From contig DF237381.1 of assembly GCA_000708835.1 (NCBI GenBank), positions 1 through 64,000 on the forward strand: a DNA stretch of 64,000 bases, written 5' to 3'. Below the pieces are notes generated by a model. The model did not search any database and was not told where the DNA came from. It saw only the letters and a list, made by a program, of their open reading frames with translations. Source of the stretch: Klebsormidium nitens (lineage: Eukaryota > Plantae > Klebsormidiophyceae). Position 1 is the first letter of the stretch; each line of letters starts with the position of its first letter. Below, piece by piece: positions 12,467 to 23,345 of the stretch. Made by a program: the position numbers and the translations under genes.

Positions 12467-15400
12467 ATGGCGGCGTCCCTGGACGACGTCGGGGGCATCG
12501 ACCCCCTGGCTCTGGAGCTCAATAGCCCAGCAGGTATTTGCTCATTCCATGCTTGCAGAGAGCACTTTTCTGCCCTGCCCTGACAGTGTCATCTTATTTT
12601 CCGCTTGCGAGTTGTAAGAGTTCATGTCTACCATAATGGGTGACAAAAGAGGGAGCCCTTGCATGTGTTTGACAAGTCACCTTGCGCTACGTTGGCGAGT
12701 CTGGGTGAGTAGGGGAGCTCTTGCCTGTTTTTAGAAAAGTACAAGGCAGCCCGACCTTTGGTCCCGTGCTTGTCTGTACAAGTCCGCAGCTCAATGAGGC
12801 TGCAATGGTCCACTTCTGATGTAGTCCTTCCCATGACCACTTACAAACACCTTCACGAGTGTTCGTTTCCCTTTTTGATGCTCTCCTTCAGAAGTAGAAG
12901 TTGCTTGAGCTTTGGGGTTGTGCGTTTGCAAGCGGGGTCTCCATGCAGAGCAAAGCGTGTGGTTGAGATACTGGCTTGTGATAACTTATTCCCGTGCTTT
13001 TCTCATTTGAACAGAGGTGGGGCAGAAGAGGGGAGCTGCCTCTGCTGGCAAGTCGTCCCACAAGAGGCCAAAACCAAATGATGACACGCTCTGGGCAGCC
13101 TGGTTCTTCTTCGACACCTACTACAAGACTGTCTACAAAGACGATGACCCAGGAGCAATCGATACGACGGTGTTTGAGGTGCAGGTATGGTACCAACTTG
13201 GTCATCATGGCCTGCTCAATTGGTTAGCTATTGGCCGGTACATCTACTGTGATTTATCTACAACCGCCTGCCTCCCATTTTGCATTGGGGAAGGGCATTG
13301 GAGGGCAGGCATGGAGCGGGCTGCGGGATAAGCTAGTTAGTGAAGGCTTAGAAGCAAAGCCACGTTTCATGCTTATAGTTGCTCAAGTTAGTGCTCATGT
13401 TTGTAAGGTCTTCTGTCAGTTGTTCTTCGCTCCAAATTTTCCAAATGTTCCATAGCATCCAATGTAGGTGCTCTCTGAAAGAATCCCTGAATGCTTCCTT
13501 GCTTCTGTTTCTGTGTTCTGCAACGGACAGTTTCATTTCGGACTGAAGTCTTCAGGAAGACCCAACCTGACTCGAGACTGAGCCAGTCTTGCTTTCAATC
13601 ATGCACTTTGATCAAGACGGACATCCCAGACACAATCTGTCCTGTTCATACTCCGTTGGTTCTCCCCTTTTATCTCCGCAGTGAGCCTTGGAGAACTGCT
13701 ACATGTTTGCATTTTGCACTGGGCAGGACCTCTCCAGACAGAAGCACTTGGTGTTTTATCCTGCAGTTTATGCCCGGTGAATGTAATCCTGCAGTTTACA
13801 CATTAGCATTCAGGCCCTGGTTGACCTTCAAATCTCCCTCATTCTTCCCTTTTGTCTCTTCAGTTTGCCGTGGAGAACTGCTACATGTACGTTCCCCAGT
13901 ATCGTATCGCTCCAATACCTGTCCCTGCAGTCCAGTATTGAAAGTATCGAAATGCTAGTACCATTTTTTAGATTTTCCAACTTTGTTTCTGCAGTTTGCG
14001 ATGGAAAACTGCTACATGTACGCGTTCCGCGACCGGCAGGAGCTCTCCCTGCACTTTAAAACTGGCATCACAGACGCTAGTACAGTTCTCAGAACAGTCT
14101 CCGGCTTTGTCTCTGCAGTTTGCGATGGAGAATTGCTACATGTATGCGTTCCGCGACCGGCAGGACCTCTCCCTCGGGCCTGGTCAGCTGAACAGCTGGA
14201 TCAGCGGCAAGCAGATTGGCGAGAGCCCGTACATGTTTCCATTTGCTGTGAAGGACGGGTACATCCGGTGCCATCGGCTGCAGAACAAGAAGTACAGGAA
14301 CCTGAAGAACCCGCAGTGCATCACTGGCATCAGGAAGGTCGTGGACCCTCCTGTGGTGAGTTGCTTGGACGCCTGCCTGGAAGAACTGTCATTCGGTTTT
14401 CAGTTTGTATCTCTGTTTGGCTTGGCAAATCCTGTTGCAAGATGGACTAGTGTTGCTGTTGGGATTCCCCTGAGTCTATGAAAAGGCTTGCACTCATTCG
14501 CCGCACAGAAAGCAGAAGGCAGCTGCAAGAGGGATGTGTGCTCTTGCTGAGAGTTCTTTCAATCCGCAAGGAAGCCTGCTTTTGTTAGTGCTCGGTGGAG
14601 CCAATCTTTTGTGGAGAGGAGTTATATGCTGCAGCTGTTCATTGGAAACTGCAGGAAACTAAAAGGTAAAGCAGCGCTGGTCTATGCTTTGAGCTGGAAA
14701 TTTCCAGCACGCTCAGACATGCGTCAGAAGACGAGAAGAGACTCTTCAATCGCTGGCTGGGCAAACTCTCGGTAAATTCTTGTTTGTGGATCCCTTCCAG
14801 GTCGCTGAAGAAGATGCCAGGAGATGGTACCACCTGACTGGACGGGAGACCAGCGAGATCCCTGGGGAAGAGGCGGAGGGCTACGTCGAGTGGAGACCAG
14901 TTCCGAACCCCTCAGGTATGGTTTCCAAGACCATCTCATGGGTTATGGCTAATATTCCTCTTCTTTTGACAGGTCATGTTCCCCTGCGCTGTATACAGGG
15001 CAGGGGGGCATCAAGTTGAGGCGCAGCAGGTGGACAGTACTTGCGGTTGACCTCGTAATTTCCCCTTCCCTAGGTCTTCATTGCTGGTTCTCAATCTGTA
15101 CTTTGGCTCGATAGATTAAAGGAGCGCGAGAGAACGTCCCATTGAAAAGGCGCATGTGCTGGACAAAAGTTCATTTGACCTAGTAGCTGTCCACCTCTCA
15201 AGCTCTTCAGGTCTTGGTTCTTTTCTTGACCAGACCTCCCAACGCGGCGGAACGTCCAACAGAAAGGTGCGGCGTCTAAACATTGAGTATGTCTGATTAA
15301 GGACCTGTCTCTCTTCTCTAGTTCTTCACTGATGTGGACATCTCTTCCTGACAGATCACACCAGCGCAGGGGGACGTCCGATCGGGAAGGTTCAGCAGCT

Positions 15401-17203
15401 GGACAGCAGTCGCTTTCGGATTTTCCCTCTCTCTAGTGCTTCATTTTCGGTTCTGAATATGCATTTCTTCTCGCCAGATCACACCAGCGCGGGGGGACGT
15501 CCGATCGGGAAGGTTCAGCAGCTGGACAGCAACTCGGACCGCGGCCGGTGGCTGAGCCAGATTGGGGGAGTCCTGAGCAAGCACTTTGGCCCCGTAACGG
15601 CGGCGAAGACCATCTACGAGGACAGTATGGGATACCTTGTAAAGGTGCGGGTTTAGCTCTGCGCACTTTTTCTGACACACTGGGGAGGAGCTGAACCCCG
15701 CTTTGGCTATGGTTACTCTTTGGTGCGTGGTATTGGCATTGACTGAAGCCTTTGTGTTTTGCGAGTTGCAAGAACGTGAGTGGGCCACTTCAGTGCAGCC
15801 GCTTGGCAGTGCGAAGTGATGGTTGGCTGCATGAGGTGTGACCAGACATCTGGTATCATTGTACAGATTGAGAACACCAGTCCTCCAACAGCTGGTCGAA
15901 GGTCTGGCCGATAGGAATGGAAGAGGTTGTTGGAGTCCCCTTACCTTAGAACGAGTCCCCTTACCTTCGAATGAAAGGCCTTCGCCGTACTTGCTTCCCT
16001 TAGGCCTAGCTTTTATAGCTTTTATAGCTTCACCACACTCTTGATCCTCTTAGGACTCAGCCGGATCTTTCCCTTCTACAAGGACAGAAAGGGCGGTCCT
16101 TAGTACCTGAGACAAACCCGTTGCGTGACCGGTCTGCTTGCTCTTTGCTGGGCGTTGATTTGGACGGACAGGATGACGTGGTGCTTATTGGCGTCTCTTC
16201 GCCCTGCCAGGTGTCGCTCCCGTACGTGGACAAGCGGACGGTCAAGATCACGTGGCGCAACACGACCAACGAGTGTATCATCAAGGTGACGGCCACGAGC
16301 ATTGGCGGCAGCGGGACGTATAACAAGGACGGCCGAATTTACAAGTGCACAGACCCACAAGCCGAGATTCCCAGGTAGGTCGAGATTGTTTTGTCTGCTT
16401 GACTCTGTTCCTTACCGTAGTCCAACGTGATGATTCCAAACGATCTTATTTTGAAAATATTTCCAACATTCCGACCAGAAAAGCGGATTTGCTTATGCTG
16501 ATTCCGACAAGAATCCGAATGCCCTATGTTCCCACTTAGAAGGGGATTTTTGAGGCGTTTTGGGGCTTCCGAGGACCATTCCAGGACTATTTAAGCGTTC
16601 CGAATTTCCGAGTTTCCGAATGCAAATAATTATTTATCTATCCGGAATCGTTACCTTGGATTACAGTAGTTGGAAAGGAGTGAAGGGTTTTGTTCTTGCG
16701 GACGGGGTTCGTTTTTGCTTCTTTCTGAACGTGGTCGTTTCCAAATCCGGAATGCCTGACTCGTTTACAAGGCGAATCTGCTCATGAAAAGCGTGAAGAA
16801 CCGGGGCGACAGTCTGGTAGTCGCAACAGGCATGGTGATGCTGAACTGCGCCCCTGTGATCCGATTGGTAACAAGCTGCGGCTGAAGGAAGAAAAGGGGA
16901 TTAGGTCAGAGGAAAGGTAGAGTGGATACTTTGGGTTCAGGATTTCAGACTTGCTTGTTAACACGCATGAACAGGTCTTGCGAGGTGCGTCATTCTTCAG
17001 GCTGGTCACATACTGCTTACTCATGTAATGTACTTTTGTCCAGGAATGGCACCCTGACTCGAGAGATCCATCTTCCGATGCTGCTCCCACCAAAGTCTGC
17101 ACTGCAAGCAAGCTTTGATCCTGTAACTGCGGGGATGGAGATCCTTGTGCCTAAGCTGACCGCATCTGCAGGCGACTTTGAGATCCCGGTTACAATTCTT
17201 TAG
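12467..17203 (+). CDS. SLT1: SLT1 (sodium/lithium tolerant 1) family protein with HSP20-like C-terminal domain
   Basis: Exons 12467-12533, 13015-13184, 14119-14355, 14801-14915, uncertain small exons near 14999-15029 and 15234-15267, then 15478-15644, 16211-16374, 17044-17203. Motifs match Arabidopsis SLT1 as recalled: LWAAWFFF, FEVQFAMENCYMYAF, PQCITGI, WYHLTGRE, FGPVTAAKTIYEDSMGYLVKVSLPYVD..VKITWRN, EILVPKL. Confidence 0.9.
13670..14118 (+). repeat. Three degenerate copies of acceptor + 5' edge of SLT1 exon 3
   Basis: CAG|TTTGC..TGGA[GA]AACTGCTACATGT-like copies start at 13682, 13864 and 13995; the true exon starts at 14119. Confidence 0.88.
15340..15408 (+). repeat. Near-perfect 54-nt copy of the 5' edge of SLT1 exon 15478-15644
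   Basis: 15355-15408 matches 15478-15531 with one mismatch and is preceded by its own CAG. Confidence 0.92.
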
Positions 17204-18372
17204 GGGGTAATAGAATTAGGAGCTTTAGGGTAGCCAAGCGGGCACCTGCTCATGTAATCATGTTAGTTTTGAAAACTCGCTCTACCAGTTCACCGGTTCA
17301 GGGACCACCAATTGTATCCCTTCGTCTCAGTATGTGTTGTTCAATGAAGAAGTTTTTGTCTCTTTCGTTCTCTCTTCTTGGCCCTTATTCGAGTCAAGGC
17401 CCGGCTGGCAAGGCCCCAGTCTCCAGTTGGAATGTCTTAAAGGCGACGACTATACCTTTTTTGGATCCCATTGTGCAATGAATGTAGCTGCACAAAGTTT
17501 GGCACATGGTTCTTGGACATTCTGCAATCTACATGGGTCGTGCAAATGGGGCACCGTTTTGATTGCACTGATCATGCTTTGTTAATTATGCATCGGGCAT
17601 GAACTTTCCGAAATATTGCAAACTCAAATCATTTGAATTCGGAAGTAGATTTTTGAGTCACGACTCACGTACTATAAGCGAAACGTGATTGGACGTCTAT
17701 GTTCACAATGATCGATACGCGGCCCGCCATTGGATCGATTACACAATATAACGCGTCCATCTCGCTAATCATTTTGGAAATTAAAATCTTGTGCACATAA
17801 ATCGAGTCCCCGAGTGGCGATCTTAAGCAGCCGCGCCGCAAGAATTTCAATATGCATGAGGGGGATTTGCAATATGGAAATTGGCACCTTCCCCAACATG
17901 TTGGATCGGACCTGCGGCAGCCCCTTATATAGTAGACATCACATTGCAAGCTCCGAGGATTGCCACTTGTATTTCAACCCAGGGCCATAGCGCAATCATG
18001 CACTTGCGGCAAACAATTGTTATTTCTTTTCAGCTGACTTCGTAAGATCTTCATTGTCAGGTCACACCACTTGACGGCAGGCGGTAGAAGGACCACAAAG
18101 ACATGCCCGCTGGCACTTTGTCCTGAGTTGCATCCTGACACCCTACCCTGGCATTTGACTCTCCTCACTTCTCCCAACCCTCAGATGTATTCATCTTCAC
18201 GACACCACTACTAAACTACCTTTAAATTTTCCTGCGACACCACGCTCCTTCTCATTCAAACTGTGCATCAACTAACTGTTTCTGCTTCTTACGTGCACGT
18301 TATGTAGTTCCTAAACGACTACTGTGACATACTTTGACTGGACACAATGTCACACAATCAAGACAAAGCATC

Positions 18373-19619
18373 TCAGCAAGGCATAACCTGCTGCATCATG
18401 GTGTGGAACTCCTGGAAGTTGACTTGACCGTCCCCGTCCTGGTCGACGCCCTGAATCATCCGGGAGCACTCCGCCTCTACAACCGGCTCACCGAGCAACC
18501 GGCTCAGGACCTGCATAAGATAGTTGTCATCGATCAGAAAGTACGCTGCTGAAAGAAAGTACCCTGATGAAAGCAGACACCTTGAGAAGGCCACCTGATG
18601 GGCGAACAAAGGAGCCAGATGCATTGAACTTCTACAGAACCAGGGATCTGAAGAGGCCACTGCCAAATTTTCATCTAAAGGTGAATCACAACTAAAGTGA
18701 TCACCTCACTGGAAGTGGCACCAACTAAAAACATATGATTAAGTTACACTTAACCGCCAGATCTGCAGTGGCTGTAAACTTGCAACCTGGCATCAGATGC
18801 AAGCAAAGACAAGCACAAAACAGCCCACCCCATGACAGAACGCAAAGTATCAGAGGAATATCAAAGAGAATGAAGACCCACCTGCTGCAGTTCCTCGCAC
18901 GAGATGAACCCATTCTTGTCGAGATCGAACACATCAAACGTCGCCCGCAGCTCCGTATCCTCATCCCCCGCAAGTCCAGCCTCCAGCGCCATCTTGTTCA
19001 GGTTCAGAAACTCGCCGAGGCAGATCGACCCATCTCCATTCTGGTCCACGGCCGTGATCATTGCGGTAAGCTCAGCATCCGTTGGGTTGTCCCCAAGCGA
19101 CCGCATCACCGCGCCTAGTTCCTCCTTGTCGATGCATCCGTCACTGTTGTGGTCGAAGTACTTGAACGCGGCGATCAGATCGTTGACCACGTCCTCAGGC
19201 AAACCCTCCGCTTCAGAAGGGAGCGCGACCTTGGGTTTCACGACGCTCATAACCGGCGCAGCGGCAACCGCTTTTGAAACCGTCCCCACTTCCTCAATCG
19301 CCGACCCAACCGGGGGCGGAGACGAGAGCTTCCGCACCTCCCTGACCTCAACCTTCGGCGCCCGCTCCATGTTTTCTGCTGCTCTAGTTTCCTTGGGAGA
19401 GTCGAGGGAGCTCTTTGAGAGCCTTAGCTTGCGCTCGGCGTTTGGGAAGGTCAGGTGCGTGTCGCTCTTGGTTCTCTGGGGGAGTTCTTCGGGGCGGGGT
19501 CTGCGGCTGAAGGGCCTGAGGAGGGCCTTGGCGAGGCGGTGAGAGGGGCTGGGTCTCTCCGAGGTGGTGACCTCTGAAGAGCTGGTGGTATCGATGCTCT
19601 GTTTTGACCGTCTCCACAT
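18373..19619 (-). CDS. Calmodulin-like (CML) EF-hand Ca2+-binding protein with long N-terminal extension
   Basis: Exons 19619-18882 and 18510-18373. Four canonical EF loops: [48 protein letters not shown]. Confidence 0.92.
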
Positions 19620-20718
19620 GCTGCGCTGCAAAACATGACAGAGAAGAGTTAGAGCTTCAAACAGTGGGTCCAGATTGTAACACAGTTTGTTCAGGACAGG
19701 TCTCAAGCAATCAGGAGCTTTGCTAGGGCGTAATGCTCAAAGCATCACCACTGGTTTGGCAGTTCGGCGGAAGATTCAAAGAGGGCACATGAAGTGGGTG
19801 CCCTTTTCAATCACGATGTGGAATGGCTTCCAAAAGCCTGAAAAATGACAACCGCACCGATGCAGCTTGATTCTGTTCATTCGCAGTACAAAAGACATTT
19901 CTGAATTCTGAACCATTTCTGAACTCGCTGGCCTGCTGCCTGCTTAACCGGAGGCGACTGTCAGTGTGGACTCTGGTTGGCTGAACCTGAAAGCAAGCTC
20001 AAACCCACATCTGCTTCTGAGAAAGCGTGTCAGGGTAAAGCAAGCCCACTCGCAATCCAATCTCTGGTCCAACCCCGTGCACTTTAGAGGAAGAGAAATG
20101 AATCAAGCAAAAACAATGACCTTGTAGCGAACCAATGCCTTTGTTCAATTCACGCTGGCTGAGGATGAGGGCAACAAGGCTCACCTTTGAACACTCTGGT
20201 GTTGACGATCACCGGGTCGTGACACACGGAAGCATTCGTACTCCTTCGGATGGATGAAGAGGGCAACGTCTACTTAGAGATTGCTGGATTGACTGAAACG
20301 TGCACGATTCCTGGGAACTCCTGGATTGTTGATGAGAAGGAGCTGAAGAGGTTTATGTATGCTGTAGAATGCTTCTCAGATCATTGCCTCAGAAAGCCCT
20401 GCACACTGCAGCCGCGATACGCAACCAGCTCAGTCGCTGTTACCTGCTTGCGCCCCAAGAGGAAACTGCCAAGGTGCCCCTGAAGTTGCCCTCCAAACAG
20501 GCCATTTCGACACTGCAAGAGAGCAATGCGCCCTAGCCGCCACAGACTCCTCGTGATCAAGATTCAAGCAGTACGGCTTCAGACATGTCTTCACTTTTGT
20601 TTGACACTCGACAAGATGACTTCGGTTGAGAGACACATCAAAATATTGTTTTAGTGTCAACTAAGGCTCCTTCCGAGCAGCTTCTGCATGTAGATTTTTC
20701 GAACAGAATGTCGCCATG

Positions 20719-20916
20719 ACTCTGACAACTCTTGCTTTCACTAACGACAGCTTTCACCAAGATAGGCACCCGGGGAACGGGTGGGGTTAGGGTGGGGGTT
20801 AGGGTGGGTGCGGGTACGGAGCGGGTAAAACGTAGAGGTTAGGGTTTTTAGTTGAGGTGCTCGGAGTTCCTCTATCTTAGTGAAAGCTGCGGTTAGTGAA
20901 AGCAAGAGTTGCCAGT
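20719..20916. mobile_element. MITE-like non-autonomous DNA transposon (198 bp) with G-rich TTAGGG-containing core
   Basis: Terminal inverted repeats of about 45 bp (20719-20765 / 20872-20916; core CAACTCTTGCTTTCACTAAC..CAGCTTTCAC.AAGATAG, few mismatches). Flanked by the 11-bp direct repeat ATGTCGCCATG (20708-20718 / 20917-20927). Confidence 0.7.
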
Positions 20917-22559
20917 ATGTCGCCATGTCTCGCCACGTCCGAGCGGCCGCATCCGAGCAATCGGACGGGTCACGATTCCTGAAAGGATCGGATGCTTCTT
21001 GCTGAAGCCGGGCCTAATCGAACGGTCTAGAACCCCGCAGAACGAAGCTAGCTGGAGGCGGTGTGACTAAAGTGTGGCTGGAGGACACTAGACGTGCGAG
21101 AATTCCGAAGTTCGTATTGAACCTCAGAATAGATCAAGGTTCTTACATGACTTCTAGCGTGCACGCTCTAGTCTTCTAGACGACCTATTCTATTCGATCT
21201 TCCGCTCTGTCTTCGGTACTTATCACAATAGGTATCTGTTCACAAGGTCGAAGCCTCCTGAGTCAGGGATGCCATGTCGCCATGATTAGTCAAGCCTCCT
21301 GTCCTCCTGAATCGCGAGGAGGCCGTAATGTGGCCATAGCTATCTGAGCCTCATCGATCAATTGCATGAGTGATTAGGAACTCCAAATGCATCTATGCAT
21401 TGACTCTGCATTGATGAATCAAATTGGCCCTCGTCATGATCACCGGTGGGGGACCGGTGGCAAACATATGGCTGGCCGCCGTAGTTGATGTTGCAGCATA
21501 TGTCTATATGCTTCCCGGCGTGTATGTTCAAGCAGTGTCTCGAGAAAAGCTTTGCCAGCCATGCTGTTTGAACGGCGTCATGTTTGTGATCACAGCTTGG
21601 ACGCATTGCGTAACGTGCGCGCTGTTTTCGAGTACAATTTCGATCAGTTCGATCAAGCTTCCAAGTTTAATTACGGCCATACGGGAGCCGCCCCCGCGCA
21701 GCCGCGCGCTCTTTGCAACGAAACCACTATTGATTTGAAAATTCAGCAGTGACAGCCCCTGAGAAAGGTTGTCGGCCGGCTGAATCCGCTATGACGCGAT
21801 TAAAACGTGCTGCAGCGATCTGAGGCCGCCGCGCCGGCGCATCTGATATGCATTCCATAATAAGCCCATGGAGGAAGAAATCCTCCTCCATCACTGCTCC
21901 CTCTCACTACGAGTGTCGACTGAGCAGACTCATGCGATCATGCATATCAATCCGTGCTCAACGGCGGCAAGTCAGAACATTTGAGTGCGATTCGAATCAC
22001 ACTATACCTGCCTAGTGGAAGAACAAAACACTTCGAAATTGGAATCTTCGAGTGAAACTTGATTTGGCACCTGATCCACTGTCCTTGCAGCTGCTGCAAT
22101 CTATTACGAAAGACGAGTACTTCACAGGGAACCTGCCTCCGATTGCCTCACTGAGCAATAACCTTAGGCCGGTTTCTAAGCCGTGCCTGGTTTCGTTAAC
22201 CTTGTTGCGTGCATCATTTATTATGCCTCACAGCGCGTGAGCTGTCCGCTTAGCATCCCGATTGGAACTCTAGCCGCTAGGCTACGGGTCCAATAAATCT
22301 CTGCCTTGAAATATAGGGGGAAAATACCCTAAAGGTAAAACCTGAGCGAGCGTTCTACCTTGACGTGCGGGGGATCGAGTTCCTGGCCCCCTCGTCGGCA
22401 AGTACTTACGTTACCTGCCTTGTGCCGATTCATATGGAACTTGTCCTGGCTCTACGTGCTTTCATTGCACCTGCTTAGTTGGGCCCGCCAGCAATGCTTA
22501 TTTGCTCCGATTACGACCAGTCTCTGCGCTTGTCGCTTGACCTCTTTCCAATCAAAATC

Positions 22560-23345
22560 CCTCCCCCGTGTGTCGAGTCAAGCCTCCGAAAATTTACTCC
22601 TCGACCAATTTCGAGGGCACCTACTCGGACCATTTTCAACTAACGACCAGTCACGAGAAATGCTCTTTCCTTTCCGATTCAAATCTTCTCGAATTGAAGC
22701 TACTCCATCATCTTTTCCGTGCATCGATTCGCCGCCGAAAATTTACTCGTTTCCCACCCCCGTGCATCTGATCGTCATTGAAGAACATTTCAATTATTTT
22801 CTGCAAATCAACTTGTTGCTGAAAGAGTCCTCGCCTCCGCCCCCCATCACGGAGAGTGAGCATTCACTCCTCCCCCTTCATCCGACTCGTCGCCGGAAAC
22901 CCACTCTTCCCTTCTCTCGTGGATCGCCCCAGTTCCAAAAACCCACTCGTTCGTCGTTACAGAAGTATCGACTCGTCGCTGAAAACCTAGCTCCTTTCCC
23001 CCGTTACCAAACAGTATTCGCGTCTCCCCCCGTCCATCTACCCATCGCCAAATACTTTTCCGCTCCGCCCTCCATGTGTTGATTCGTTGCTAAACGAAAC
23101 CTTCTCGCGTTTTCCCTGACACCAAACCCTCTCGCTTCTTCCTTCCTTTTTCCGCTTTTGCCAAAACCTACTGACCCCTTCCACCCTCAGCGAAAGGCTC
23201 CTCGCTCCTCCCCCCGTGCATCGACTCGTTGCCAAAACCTGCTCTTTCCTTCTCTCGTGGATCGACCCAGTTCCCAAAACCCACTCGTTCCTCCGTCCAA
23301 GTATCGACTTGTCGCTTTATTCTACTCCGTCAACCGAAAGCCTAC
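22560..23345 (-). repeat. Array of degenerate copies of the last ~40 nt of the DUF900 terminal coding exon
   Basis: TTTCGGCGACGAGTCGATAC-like motif (forward GTATCGACTCGTCGCCGAA) recurs near 22565, 22720, 22880, 22965, 23217 and 23300, with the coding copy at 23362. Confidence 0.8.

Noticed and set aside
16430-16760. TTCCGA-rich patch in the last SLT1 intron
   Set aside because: No consistent period or clear alignment to the exon; possibly fully decayed echoes but not supportable.
17606-17882. Imperfect ~19-bp inverted repeat (ATATTGCAAA core) bounding about 275 bp
   Set aside because: Short, AT-rich and gapped, with no clear TSD; may be chance or a very old MITE.
22360-23082. 240-aa plus-strand ORF
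   Set aside because: Runs antisense through the pyrimidine-rich repeat array; low complexity, no domain.
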